A stretch of DNA of 64,000 nucleotides from Balanoglossus misakiensis (taxonomy: Eukaryota; Animalia; Hemichordata), in contig CM082583.2 of NCBI GenBank assembly GCA_040954595.2, positions 7,066,849 through 7,130,848 of the forward strand, in the 5' to 3' direction. The notes beneath the pieces were generated by a model. That model was not told where the DNA came from and made no database searches. It saw only the letters and a program-made list of their open reading frames with translations. Every line of letters begins with the position of its first letter. The stretch's first letter is position 1. Of this stretch, positions 25,508 through 40,500 are shown piece after piece. The position numbers and the translations under genes are program-made.

Positions 25508-28500
25508 GCTTGTTGAGGCCACTTGATGACAGACAAAGGCGTCGTAAGTGGCTAACAGTTATGTGAAGGCAATGGGAAAGTTTAATTCTAATGAAAAAGG
25601 TACTGTTAAAATATCATTTGTTAAGAAGTCAGTTCTGATTTTAAAATTTACCGTCGACGGCTACAGTCAAAATACACAATTTTGGTGCATATGAAAAGAC
25701 TTAATTGCATTCGGTACAACGCTAAACAATCGAGACACCATCTCAATGAGCGCGGTAACTTCGAGGAGGAAGTACCGTTCGAGAAGGCTTCGACTTTATA
25801 TACTGTCTTGGGATTGTTCCTTCCATTCCAGCAAAATCATACACGGAGACAATGCCTTCACGAAGGTGTGACGGCAGTGCCGGCAATATCGATTGGGTGT
25901 AATTTGGCATGGTCTGAACGCCCATGTCCCGCGAATCAAGGCGTTTCTCGCCGATTTCTCCAAAGGAATGCAGTCTCCGCTTCCAACGTGTCTTTCCATG
26001 CAACAGAAACTGCACGAGATAAACTGCGTGTGCAAATTTTGATAACTTATGCGGTTATTAGATAATTGTCTGCGGTAGGTTCCGACATACCTGCAGACGG
26101 CGGGTGCAATTAGATAACTGGCCAGGGTTATTGATCGGTTTGGAAAGGGTCATTTTCTGGCTTCGTTCACTGTGAAATCTGTTTTGAAGCCCCTCCCACT
26201 GCCGCAATCATCCCCCAAGAACTCAGCTCAAAAGACAACCAATTACACATGTAAATATGTCGGGTTTGCATGTGAAGAATTACCGGTAATGATTATCACG
26301 GGATTCTATTATGTTGTTTTGTCTTTGAAACGGCGAGCGTTGTCTGTTTTTTGTATAGCTCCTTGTAGCTAGGAGCCAGGTCTTTGCCGTGAGTTAACGA
26401 ACTTTGAATCACAGAAAATGTAAGTTAGTTTGTACGATTGTTAGCAAGAATGGGATGGAACTATCATTGAATCTGTTTTGGTATTGGTGGGGACCACACG
26501 CTTTAATAAAAAGGAGAACGTTTCTACAGCAATATATACACCTAATGCGTTTCGATGTTTTTCATTTAATTATTTTGTTGATTTGTCTTTATTTAACCGC
26601 GGTTAATTGCGACTCGAAGACAGAGGTTGAGATGAAGGTCACATCACAAGGGCAACTTGACCCATTGGACCTTCACCTTTAAAACGCGATTGTGTTGATG
26701 CGTCTCCCCCAGACAAAGTAAACAGAGATGGAGGATACAGCTGTTACATCGGGCGGAGTCCGCCCCTGCGCCGGTTCAACCTACACACAGATTCCACGCG
26801 ACCGCAGACCAGGGCGCGGCGGTGTCGGTTACAGTTCCCGAACGACATTGAAATTGAGTTAATTCACCTCCATATACCTGCTCTATGATCGGGCGCCATT
26901 GCCATTTTTCAACTACCTTTGTCGAGGGCAATTAAAAGGTAATTTTGACAATGTCAAAAACTCCAGACGGGAAAGCTTTCGCAAATCTGTCGAGTCCCAC
27001 AAAAGGTAGCGCCCAGGCAGGCGTGGTGCCTTTGAAGCGCAACAGACAAAGAAGGTCAACTCGTATTAACATCTTTAGGCACATAGAAAAAAACAAATTT
27101 ATTCTCAAAATTATTGAGTTTAATATTAATCCCATTCTTCGCGAACTGTGCACAGACGTGGGCTCCCCATTTATCCTCTATTGTGAAAGACTTCGCCAGC
27201 ACAATCGAGCGCCGAGCTGCGAAATGATATCAGTTCAAGCCATGGCGCACGCAAATCCGCCAACACTGCCACCGTTGAATAGGTGTTAACACTTTTAACA
27301 CCGGGCAGAATCAACCCATAAAGTATCGATGATAAAAACATTCTGAGAAAGAATAAACCCTCCGTGCGGCAACATTCTGCAAACTTTGTTTGGATCAGCA
27401 CACAGATGTTACCCGAACAGAGGCAAAACACGCGCCGTCTGTGTTTGGGGTTTTTTAGTTCACAACGAGCAGTCGCTCGTCACTGGGCGACTGCGTCACC
27501 GTCATCATCCGCCATCACCACCGTTACCGAGAAGAGAAACATGAAATTATCATACAGCGATCAGAACTAAATTCCCCAATGGATGATATACTTTAATTGT
27601 ACCTCTCACTGGGAACACCTTGTGGGGAGAAGTCAACACGCTGGCGTCACCACCAAAGAATTGTCGCGGCTTTTAAAATAAAGAACGAAATCAGAAAATA
27701 GAAACACAGAAATGAACACAGCACATTTGTTTGATTCCTTGCACTATTTCCACATAAGGTTAAATTGTGATCACCTTGCTACCACTAAAGAGATAAAGCA
27801 TATTAGCTCCATTAAACGTCACGAAGCGATCGCTAATCAAGCGTGGTTGCTCTAACGGCCAGCAGCCTCCGACGCGTTGATTTCACAACAAAGAATCATT
27901 TGGGGGGAAACAAACACGGTAATTAATTAATACCCGCTGTCGAATACCATAAATACTATCCGATTAAAATAATAAGACAATGTCACACCGGTTTCATTAA
28001 CATATTCAAATGAGATGCAGTCTGATCGATGTCATTGGCTTTTCATAAAAAAAACACACAACACGGACAAGCTGTTGCCAAATGATAATTGTGAGGCTTG
28101 TTGGCAATTTCTCTAGTTAATGATATTACAATCAGCGTTTGCTTGTTTGGCTGATTTTAATTGTCTCTTGTTCTGAACGTACGATGCGGGTAGACACATT
28201 CTTTAAAAATGCAAAGTAGACGAGTCAAGATTTACTTCTGAAGTGCACGAGCAAAGCAACTATAGTACAAAAATGCACCTGTAAGCAATAGATCTGATAC
28301 CACAATTATCCGAACAACACCGTCTGAATAAAAACCATCACAATCGTCTGGGAAAATGTTACAGGAACAGTATGAGCAGGCTACATATTGGTAGGGATCT
28401 CCTCGCAAACAAGTCATTTTCAGTTTCCCAAATAGATATCATTTGCAATATTAGACGAAAGAACTAAATTCAATCAGCTGGGGATCACAAAAATATGTCG

Positions 28501-31500
28501 GCGAAATCGTTCCTCTTTTAAAAATCCGTTTAAAAGTCTTTCTAGAAGTATCTACCACTCAGTGCGTCTCTTATCAGTTTTATAGTCGATATAGATATAA
28601 CGCCAGCCACATAAATTGCGGTTAACATTTCGCGCGATGGGGCATTGTTGTGGGAAATGGCCCTATTGTCCTATTCACACCATCAGGCGCACTTGTGCCA
28701 ACAGTTTGGTTACAGTGTTTCATAAAATCCCCGCTGCTATACACGTGACACCATCGGGAATTTAAAAAAAATGACAGAAAATTCCTTTGTGTGCACGTTG
28801 CGCTGAAATTTCAACGCTTCAATGTCCGTGTCGTGCGGTCAGTTTTGACGGGCGAATCGTTGCATGTATGATTGTTGGCGTCGAAAGTAACAGCCATCGG
28901 CCATCACTGCTTTCTCCTGGAAATTTATGAATTATTCTCCAAACGAGAGAAAAATAGTCAAATATAGTCATTATAATATTAGCATTTAACGGACAAATTT
29001 TAATTTCAACCTTGCGACGCGAGATTGTAGTTTCTGTTGTAAGTTTTGTCAAACTTAGTGGGGCAATTCCGTACTTCACATCAGCCATAACCTTCTAAGT
29101 TCTTGTCATTCCAAAACATTACCTGCCCACCAAATATGATCAGTCGTTTCAGAGATATGGAAGACACACATGCACAGACAGACAACAAGACAGACAATAA
29201 GACATGGGCCACGTGTTGTACACTGGCGCTAGAAAACACCCGCGAACAATGCAGCCAGTGTTTTGGCCACGATTCAGATTCAGACTCAGATGCCGCGACC
29301 AAAAATGCGCGCCGAACGCATTCCCCACAAGTATGCAGTTACCCCATTTCTGAGAGCACGACAATCCGGCGAACCATTCAAATTCGCATTGCGACTCCCC
29401 TTGGCCACTTGATCTGTTCACGCGTAGCGGCGCCGCCCACTTCAACCGCATGTCGAACAACCAATTCGTCATTTGCTTTTCAAACAAGAAAACAAGAGAG
29501 AAAGGCTAAACGTGATGAGTAAAGGGTTCTTTATGATTAAAAAGCAACCCATAAAATTTAACGGTTAATTTCGGTCACGGAGACAATTTCTCGCGGCCAG
29601 CTGATGCCGCGTATCCTAAGTTCATAAAAAACATGTTGGCTACTCGAATAAATGTTCACGCCTCGTAGGATCTATATAAGTTTTTTTTGTAGTATTTTCA
29701 TCAGCAGGAAGGGCACCGTGCCCTCTATCTGGGACTAGTATACCAACAGGTAAATTAGTTAGATATATATTTCAAGTAAGGTGCATTGCAACGCCACCGG
29801 AAGTGACGATGTCATCCCCAGAGCGATTTCCCCGATACATATACAACAAACGGTTCGAGAAGTTGTTTTCCCATTTTATGATAAATTAGTATCATTAAAA
29901 CATAAGTCTGCCTAAGTTCCTACACGGCCCAGGGACGCGATATTCTTGCAAACTGATTACATCCATTCCTGCTTCCAATGCAAACATTCGAGGTGTTTAG
30001 GCAGCCGCAGGGCTGTCAATTGGACCATAGGCCTGATTACTGCACCATATTGCATTGTTCGTATACTTCCACAGGCATGTTGAAATTTACCTCCGCACAT
30101 CACTCGCGATGTATAATATATCAATCGCCACGAGGATTGAAAAATTAATATGTCCAGAAAAAACAATACCCCATGGTAGTGTATGTAGGTATAGTTGTTT
30201 TGTGTTTCCCAATCAAAGAATCCAGAACTCCGAGGAAATTAAAGTTTAGCTAGACTTGCGAATATAATAAATGTATATTGAGAGTTACAACTTTCGTCAC
30301 TTCCTATCACGTGATTGAAAACAACACTTTATATGTAGATGTTGCCCTGAAATGGACTTTAAGCATCCAACGTGCTATTCATGTAGAAACAAAAAGGCCT
30401 GGAAATTTATTAATATAATGCATTGTCGTTGATGACAAGGTCATATCAATGACAAATGACGCCCAAGGAACAACATTTCTATGAAATCTCCAAGAGACTG
30501 TAGTCGGAAATGCATGCATTAAAATCATGCAAGCGATGGCCTAAAATGAAAACGATCAAGTCGAACACCATAGATGGGAAGAAAACAAGGAAACAGACCA
30601 AGCGGCGACAAGCACAGACGGAGACATTACAGCATACCACGCGATAGAGGTCAAGTTCAATCGTGAAAAGTACTAGTAACCAAGACCCAATAATATGTTA
30701 ATGGCCATGAACAAGGTAAACTGAAGTGATATTAATTGGACGAGAAAGGAAAAACCGACACTCGAACTGTAAATAGAGCTATAAACATATTTAGAGACGT
30801 GACAGTTATGAGCATGGACGGAACAATGACAATGCTGGCAATCGGAATACTGATAGAGACACATTTAGAGACTTGCATTTGTAATATCTTTTTATAGCGA
30901 TATACGGGCCGGCCGTCATTCTGCAGACCGACCGCTCGCGGCTCTCCCAGTAGACCAAGACCGAGTCTGCTAACTCAATTTTGTCGGTGTGAAAAATGAA
31001 AAATGTCAGAACTCATCCTTAATGGCATTACATATCGGTAATAAGAGTGGGGGGAAGAGAACACGAACTAATGGAGGAAAGATTTCAATGGGTTCCGTTT
31101 GGCTTATCGCATTTATGCACTTATTGTCTGATTTATCTCTGCGACCACTCACAGCAATCTCCGCTAACGTCGACCCTTTTCGCCCGTTTTTGTAAATTTT
31201 TAAAACAATCGTCGGTAGCATAACACCACGCGCTATTACAGATTATCGTTTTACTCTTGTTTCTAGAATTAATTCGCAGACTTTTCTGCGTTGTTATGTG
31301 CACACACTTTCTAGTTAGTTGTTTACAGTTCTCCCCGTATTTTTTCTCTTACTCTTCCGTTGTCTACGGCTTAACTCATCCCATGGTATCAACACATGGG
31401 CGGATGCTGGAACAAGCCGACACTTGTATACACCATACAAAACCTTGCTTCACGTAGCGAAGAAACAGAGACAAAAAACGTTTAGTTTCCAAACAATGAC

Positions 31501-34500
31501 ATAACAGAAACCGAGCCTGAAATACTCCCAGCAGTTGTGGCCGGCTTTATACGTGTACCGATGACATTTTGTCGACTTTCCGGTCATTGTTTGGCGCGCA
31601 CCTAATTCTGTGGCATTGTAACTCTGAATGACACAGTCACAGTGTCTTTATGTCGTTTAAACACAAGCGTGCGTCGCCGTGGACCGCGCTCGCTTTTTTT
31701 AAAGTTCGGATGTGTCATTGATCATTTGAGCTGCAACTTCGCCCGGCCCCGCAACCGACACAATCACCCGACCATATTTAAAGGTGCAGCATGTGTTACC
31801 CAGGTATTGTCTAGATTGAAATGGAAACGAATATACTACGCCACCCTGATCATGGGTAACCGCAAAAACCGACATGGTTCCATCGTTAATTATCAATGAT
31901 CATCTAAAAGAACGCTATTAAAATGAATAAATAATGTTTACCAGACAGTTGTACTCATCAAATTGTAGTTTTGGTTAATCAGTAACATACATTTTACACA
32001 GAAACATAGTTTCACCTATTGCTAACGAGCTATCCATATCTCGGGCGGTTTTCGCCGGCCACGTGTTCGCGATTTACATTTTATTTGCCATTTACAGCTG
32101 GGCCATTCTATAGGTAGACTCGAAGCGGTATTGTGAATTGTATCGATAAAACTGTCTTTGCTGTGCAAGAGGCAAGAGAATTCTGATCAAATTTCAAATG
32201 CATCGCGCGATAATCATTCACACTCGGCGGTGGAGCTTTTTTTATCGCGGTATACACGTTATGCGCGCGACAGCCGCTAAAATTCCTCCAACTTGATTTA
32301 TCAATTACCGCAATCGACAGGGATTGGGTCCCATGCACAGAGCGCATCATCAAACCCCCTCGACATCGTTTTGCGTTTTCTGCAAACACAGATGTGACCG
32401 AAACGGACAAAGAGTCGGGCATAATTACTCGTCCGTGGCTCTCCCGGGACAACTTACCGCCCCTACCTGTGAGAGATGGAGTGAGGAACCCAAATCGACC
32501 GCGTCAGGTTCACTCACAGTCACGCCGCGGCGAGCAGACAACGACGACTTCGTCATTCGCAACAATCAACGATCATTGTCGGTGGAAATTTGATCAAAAA
32601 AAGTGTCAACAGAAATCGAGTTTGTTGATGGCATCGGGACTACCCCATTTTTCCTTTTGAAATTTCTGTCACTACATGGGAAAATTCAATTAGGGAAGCC
32701 AATGGTGTGTTTTATCTCCATCAAATGGACCTATTATTACAACAGTGAGACCGATTGAGACCCCTTTCGCGTTTTGAACGTTTATCTTCCCCGACTACAA
32801 GCCGCATGTGTTGAGTACGACCGATAGGGCGTGATACATATCTCGGGTACTACTCTGTCTGCTACAGTGTGTCCTCGAATACTATAAAAACCATCGAGAG
32901 CAAACAAAATCGCATTTTACCGACGGGAAATTGGGCCTGCTTAAAAGCTCCTCTAAAGAGCGGAGGTGTTCTTTGATTGAGCGAGCGCAGTCGTCAATGC
33001 CTTATCTCGTTGTAAATTGTTCCAATTTGAAGTGAGAGCTCAGTTTTTTTTACCCGCCGCTCCGATATCTCACTGACAGCATTCGGGAACCGAGAACAAT
33101 ATGGCAGATATGATTACAGAACTCAAAACGAAAACAAATTACCTGCAATAAGATCAAGTAATTATCGCACGCGCCCAAGGATAACGCACTTTTATTCCCC
33201 AATATATCAGAAAAATTCCGTTAAATAAGGCGAGATTGGAAACAAATTGAAGGGAAACGTCGATAGTTTGCCATCAGCAAGGGATGACTTCTCCTTCTTG
33301 AAGCCGCGCTCGGCAACTTGAATTGAATTGCTAACTCTTCCAATCAGTTCCGGCAGGCACTATTAAGCATATCACTTTTACAGTTGGTTTACGCATTTTT
33401 TTTAATTGGTAGAAACGTGTTTGAACCTATTTACACAATTTTGCCCTTGTTTTTGAAATCATCTTTAATAGTTAGTGACAAAAGTATTAAAAACTTAAGT
33501 CCCAGAGTCTTTAGTTGTATCTTTCTTTCTTTCATGAAATATTATCCAAATTTATTCTCGCGGCCTCCATGCGATATGAGCTGTGAGAGTGTTAACACAT
33601 CTGGCCTCTAGTAACCCATCAAGGTGATAGGTCAATTGAAATGAAACTCTGTAGAACTATTCTCGTTCGTGTTCATTAATTGGCTGGAGAAAGTTACAAA
33701 AGATGGTTAAATCTATCACAGGTGGACGTCTGTATTGCACGCGGCTCGCACAAAGCTTTCTGGCACTCGCACCGGGCTTGCGTGATAAATGCGTGTTAGC
33801 GGTGTCCCAGTCGGGAGGGGTTAGTCTCGACTTGGGACTTTGAGACATGTTTTCCCCAGTTCGAAGCCTTCTTGTTCAGTATGCAAAATTGCAAGTTCCC
33901 ATCGATTGGTTTTAGAATTTAATTATTCATATGTGTATTAATAACATGCTACCACCCGTGCAGAGCAAATTGCTTCCCTTTTCTAAAGAAACCGCACGCA
34001 ATCGAGCGGTGGCTGAAAGAATAAACGTATTCCGGTGCCTCGTTGGAGCCATTTATTTTGCAGATTAAAAAAAAACTGAAATAAACACCGATCAAAACGA
34101 ACGGACGAATAACAAAGCGATACTTCAACATGAAACCTATGCTTGTTATTTATAATTAATAATCTGGACATTGATGTATGGTAACACCAGAACGGACAAT
34201 TGGCACCCAGCATGCATGGCACACACACCAACAAAGGAAATAAGTTGTTTCATGTTTCTGATCACCCGATATCCTAAATAAAACTCAGATGATAAGTAAT
34301 ATTATCTCGTTCAGTGCCGCCTGTCAATTGCAAAAAAGCAATCTCATTCGAGATCGGACGTGAATAGAGGAAGATACCTCATATTTTGTGTATTAATGAC
34401 AACAAAACTACAGATTTAAATTGTCTGTCCATCTTTTTAAAGCGGACAATATTTATCTGGCTACAATTTCCACTGCCCCGCCCTTTTCTGGACTCTGTCT

Positions 34501-37500
34501 GTCTGCCTCTTCCCTCTGTTCGATGTGGTATGAAAACGTTCGGACCACTAGTCTTAATTTCGTAACAAATCGCCACAATAATTATGATCTAATCATTGAG
34601 TGTCATTATTATATTATTGCATGATTCATATGTACGTATAACGATTTATACCATTACGTTTCTATTTTCATTTCTTTCAGAAGTGCCAGTGACGGTAAAA
34701 TCTCATCACTTGTGCGGTCTTTTCTTGCCTAGCACACGATCCTCGTTTTATTCCAGTTATGCTTAGACAGAATCGAAGGAGGGGGAAGAATATTGCGTCT
34801 TCAAAGTTACACAAACTTCTTTGTTGGAGCCGTTGGAAAAGGGGGCGGGGACGGTAGACTGTGCCGTGATAGTGGTCAGACCGCAGTCAGACTGAAATAT
34901 TGACGAAATGGCGAGTTTGTGCACGGCTCAAATATAACTGTACATGTATAAATATGTGTTATCCTACCGGGAGTGTGACTAATTATGTACATCGATTCGG
35001 TGTAAGCTGGCGGCATCTTTGATGTTTCTGATGCAACAGAATGCAAACGTCAATAGTAAGTTTCTTACTGTGATATCAAATTAACTTTAATTTGATATAG
35101 ATACATATGTTCTGTACCAATATGTAGGTATGACAACAATGAGGCTTTCGATTTTAAACCCCTTCAAGTTGTAAAATAAATTCCTTATTCTCCAGATATG
35201 TACATACAAACTACCTACGGCTATGGAAATGAAACATTCGATGGGTTTTGCGTAAAATCGAGCAATATAGACAGGAGACACTTAAATCGGCCACATTGTT
35301 CTTTCGTGACTCGGACGCTGAATTGTAACCTCTTTTTTCATCGGTCGAGCTTTTAGCTTTCATCGTCAACAATTAGAGGGTCTCAGACTCTCGTTGTGAA
35401 AGTCGTGAAAACTAAACCCCTGCCAAAAATGGCGATAGTCGTCGCTCTTGTTTTTAGATTTGATCCTTTCATGAGCAACAAGCGTGGTCGCCTATTGTTG
35501 TTTCATAGAGGGATGGTGCGAAAGTTTGCTCGCGATCGAAAAAATTGAGCTTTCTCCGGTCGCGATCGAAAAAATAAGCCCGGACTGTGATCTCTAATTA
35601 GTGAACTTCTGAAAAGAAACGGTCTATTATTCGTCCCTTAAGTTGTTGATGAGCCCTGGACATTTCCATAGAGGAGTGACCAATTCTTAAACCGGGGTAC
35701 ACGTTAAATTTTCATCAGGACAGTTGAATGGTCCAGACCGTATAGAAAGAAGGATGAAAGTGCAACACAAAAGATCGCAGCGACCCCTGCTGTTTCATTC
35801 ATCGCCGTTCTGTGAGAATGCCCTAAGCGGAAAAAAAAGCAAGAAAGACAGCGAGAAGAAAAGCTGTCGCTATTCGTGGGAAATTTTACTCCGAGGTGAG
35901 AAATCCGCACAGGAGGCAAATTTTCAGATTGGTGTTGGAAAAATACCGACTTAGAATTATGCGCTTCGTTGCCTCGCGTCGGTTGAAACACCCGAGAAAG
36001 TGAAATAAGGGGACAGCCACGTTCATAATTGGCATTGAATGGGAGATCAGCGCTGTTCAATGTGCACTACCTATAGAGCGAAATGTACACACGGCGAATG
36101 TTTGCTATGTACACAGTCGTAATTGGATTGCTAAACAGAGTGAAATGTTATCTGCTGACATTATTGTTGATTTCACTTCCGGTCGACATTCCTTGAACGG
36201 TTGCTCAATAGTGGGACGTTAAGTGTCACGGTGTTCTCGTGGAGTCCGTGGACTGGGGGAGGGGGGAGAAGAGGGTGAGGGGGCTCGGCCGTGACATGGC
36301 GGATGGAAACTTAACCATCGCCGTCCACTCACACCACCAGCCCCGGAACCAGACTGAAAGAACACCCTCCCTCCAGACTAAGGCCGTGCTCTATTCAATG
36401 GGGAGGCTCTACGCGTGAAAGCACGTATTTGATGAATTAGATTTAGTACGGTCGTTTCTTTGACCAGGATATACCATTTGTGATAACTGTCCAGCCTCCT
36501 CGACTGTTAAATGCCCTTATGTATTGTGCGCCGTGAATAGGTAATTAGAGTGCCTAATTAGTGTATACTAGTGACTAATTGCGCAGTTATGTTAACCGCG
36601 ACTTTTAGGACGATCTCCTCACGTACCGGACTCTGAGTTTCTTTTTATCCCTCATCGTGATTCGCACATGGGAAAGTTTTTCCCCCATGCGAAAAGTCAG
36701 GCTAGGGTAAAAAGTGCGGGGCTCCATGCGTCGTGTGTCGGGCGCTGAGTTATAATAGAGTCGGCGGGAACTGGTAGCTGTGACGAACTACTTGACTTAA
36801 GCGTGCTTTACTTCAATTCAGACTGCGAAAGAAGAACTGGCGATCAACTAAAGCCCCACCGGTGATTAGCCGCCGAATAATGGCATGGCGGGCTCTCAAT
36901 TAGCGCCCGGCAAAAGAATTGTGTTGCTGAGAAAGTCTTAGCCGAACAATTGTTGCACATAGTCCGCCATCTTTGGACCCTTTTGCCCCCCTCATTAGTA
37001 CCCCTTTACAGCCCTCTTTATTCCTATATTCCGTTGCCATGGCAGTCTGTCAATCACTGGGGGTCCCCCCATTGTGTCCCCTAACATGTCGTTGTGCGAA
37101 CGGCGAAGCGTATAATAAAGCCAACAAAACGGACCCGTTTGCAGCCGGAGAGAAATTATATCTAGAGTGCGTTTTGTTAGCTGAAGAGAGCAACGCACAA
37201 TACAGTCTTAGTTGACTGTTTTCACGCTACTAATTGGCTGTAGCCTATGCTATTATTTGGAGTTGGGTCTGCCAATGAAAAGTCTTAACAAGCGGGGGTC
37301 GGCTGCTATTGTTCGCCCGTTTTCTTCATTTTTCCTCCATACATCTCAGCTTCCAAATCTTCCATGTTACCCCGAAGAGTAGCCCGGTGTACTGTTAGCT
37401 ACCGCACGCCCCCACGTCAGTTTGTATTTGCCAGCTTTCGCGTGGATCTTAGGCAGAGTTAGGTCTTTTTAACCGGTGATTCTATCTTTTTGTTGATGCA

Positions 37501-40500
37501 AAAATAGAGGGTGTATAAGAATTTTTTTTCAAACTGACCGAAGGAATGTTACCTAGCAACTAAGTTGGCGCTATAGATATCACCATGACTATTTTCAACA
37601 GTTTGCTGTCCTGACACGGTTGTAACTGTTCTGTACTGTTGTGATGTGCCCTGGTCTATTCTCTTTATAGTCTTTCCTATTATTCTCAATTCCGTGAAAA
37701 TTGTTTTATCGCCTTCGATTGTGCTGTTCCGCAAGGTTGAGTATTCACGTGAACAAAACAGGCTTCATGAATTATGAAAAATTCATCAAAGAAAGAAAAA
37801 CAAATGCGGAAAGTCTTTCGTTATTGGTGAAAATCCCGCCCTACGGGATGCACAGGGTAACTTGGTCACGTGAAGAAACAGTCGGTACCGGAGAACACTA
37901 ACAGACGTCGAATTGCAGTGCACATTTGCCTACAATGTAATACCACCAAATACCAACGATTCGTCTTAGGGCGCAGTGAGCGCCTTGTCAACACAGGGGG
38001 CGCTATTCACGCCGTCTTCCGAGACGGTTTGTCGCAAGTTCAACCCAAAACGAAAGTAAATTCTGAAAATCATATTTCGCGGGTTAGGAAGGTAGCATTT
38101 ACCCGAAAAAATGTAAACATCATTCTTATCACGCACCATTTAGCGCACGTTGTTGCGTATTTTCCCATACAGAAGAGATTTAGGCTATATCTACCAGCGG
38201 TATTTTTTTATTGTCAGAAACACAGTGACATTTTCATAGCAATAAAATTAATCTTCTTTGATGAATTTTTCAACAAAGCGTCGCCAGAGTGACCTGGAGA
38301 CACTTATTAGACTGAATATACAGTATTTACTGAAGCGAGACGATTTTTTTTTCTGTCAAGCATTTCATTACTGCAGACCGCGTTATCAGCTGCAACGACG
38401 CAGTCGAGTCGAAAAGAAATTTCAACAACCGGGAAGTAAAGTTTACAATGCCGCCTTTATTTAATGCATTTTCGCTAATCTCATTCTGGGACCGGTCTCT
38501 TTAATTAACTAATTCCGTTATTTATTTATTTGTAAGAAAGGTCGCGAACCCGAGTGCTACTTCGTTGTTATTAATCTACATCGTCTGGTAGCGGGTATTT
38601 AATTATTCAAGAACAAATAGATTGACTCGATTGCAATGAAGGAGCGATGCAAATGAAGTTAATCACTTAAGAGGTCATTTATATCAACACGTCTCCACTT
38701 TGTTGCAATTTTGATATGTGAATAGATTTATTAAGTTTAGTAAGCAAGTAACTTTCAGAACCTGTGACACATCAAAAGTCCTATGCACTACGACCAGCGG
38801 TCAGTTTTAAAACAGGGCATAGATAAATAAATAAAACATGGGTTTTGTTTCATGTCACCTGTGCTAAACTTCAACATTTCTCGAAAAAAGGTTGCTTATG
38901 TCGTTTTATATTAATTCTGATGAAAATATTGTCCTTTCAGCTGTAATAGATGTTAAACCTATGAATACGTAAACATCGTTAGGTTTGCGGGTGCAACGTC
39001 GACGTTGTCAGCAAGACTAAGTTTAAATGTTCAAATACAAACTGAATCACGTGACCGCTGACAGGTCATAGACGTCTGTCTTCTGCGCGTATCATCAAAA
39101 GTATGAGTTTTGTTAAGAGTTGCTTATACCCAAGCACTACAACCAATTCATTTCAATAGACATGGATATGTTTAGGTTTACTACGAATTGCAAAAAAACA
39201 CCATATTGCAAAAACCCAACCAATCCTTTCGAACATAAATAAAACGCTTCCAAATAAACGCCAGAGTACCAGGAGAAATGGCCCACGATACATCAACGAC
39301 TCACGATTTACGCTTTCAGAGACTTCGTAATTTATAGACTGACCTGCTTGTTTACAATCTCTTACCACTAAAAAGCGACAACGTCTGTTTTTATTCGAAA
39401 TCTTGCTTTTTTCGGTGCGTGCTTTAAATAGATGGTGGAAAGGGAGATGGAGGCCGGGGAGCTCACATTAAAACCCGTTAGAGGATCCGTTGGTAGTTAA
39501 CCCGCCAAAACTCACTTGCTATTTTCGACGTGGTCGTCCATTCTTTTGTCCCTATACTTTCTAACTCTGCACCGTTGAAGTGCATGCAGAGGCCTCTAAC
39601 CTTAAACCGGGACTATCTCAAGATGACACTCTAACTATTAATCTAAATATCAGTGGGACAATTATAAAGCGCGAGATGTTCCGTTTTCAAATCAATTGCA
39701 GACATATTACCAGTTTTATCTCGACCAGAAAACTTCATCCGCGATATTAGTTTAGCTACAATGGACGCAATAATGCACTTGCTATCCCTATCGGGCAGTC
39801 AGTTTAATCATCTTTTTAAACATACGAGAAGCTTTAAGGTTCCTTGGTATGGAACGGTGAATTTCAGAGAGTTTTCAATCAAAAGATGACTGGCTTGCAA
39901 GGGCCCTCTAACTTGCTGACAAGTGGTAACTCCATCCAGCGGCTGCCCTCGCGGCTGTACTAGTTCCAGCGCGTGCTCCCTTCAGGGAAGCTGCGATAGA
40001 CACTGGAGTCTGTGAGCATACTACATGTAGTTTGTTTGTTTATTTATTTATTTATATATCGAAGAGAACGGGGATACGCCTGTAAGAGGTGCACGCGCAC
40101 ATTACTTTGAAATCACATTAAACCGCGTGTATACTTCATCTGCTGACCCTACAGTTCAAAGTTTCAATTTGGTTTGCATTCAAACAGGCTCGGCATATAT
40201 TCAATAAAAGGGTAATTTTTCAGTGTTATGCAAATTGATGTAGTACTGGCCAGATTTCTAAGTTAAACAAAGTTTGACATAGCTCCATAATTTTCCATCG
40301 AGGGGTTTTTTTCCTCGCAGAATTATACATTTATATTCAATATTCATAGCTATCTTCAATTTAAAAATAACATCTAACTGTTGCTGGTGGTGGTACGGGT
40401 CCGAATATCACTAAAACCATTATATTCATTTTCATCAAACTATAAATAGCATAATACTGTGACTGGACTATTTGAAATTATTTATTTAATAAAATCCATC

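Noticed and set aside
26633-26675. Inverted pair TGAAGGTC...GACCTTCA (possible pre-miRNA)
   Set aside because: The stem is too short and I recognised no known mature miRNA.
37985-38005. CTCF-like AGGGGGCGCTA between the genes
   Set aside because: The 5' half (AACAC) lacks the key CC positions of the core motif.
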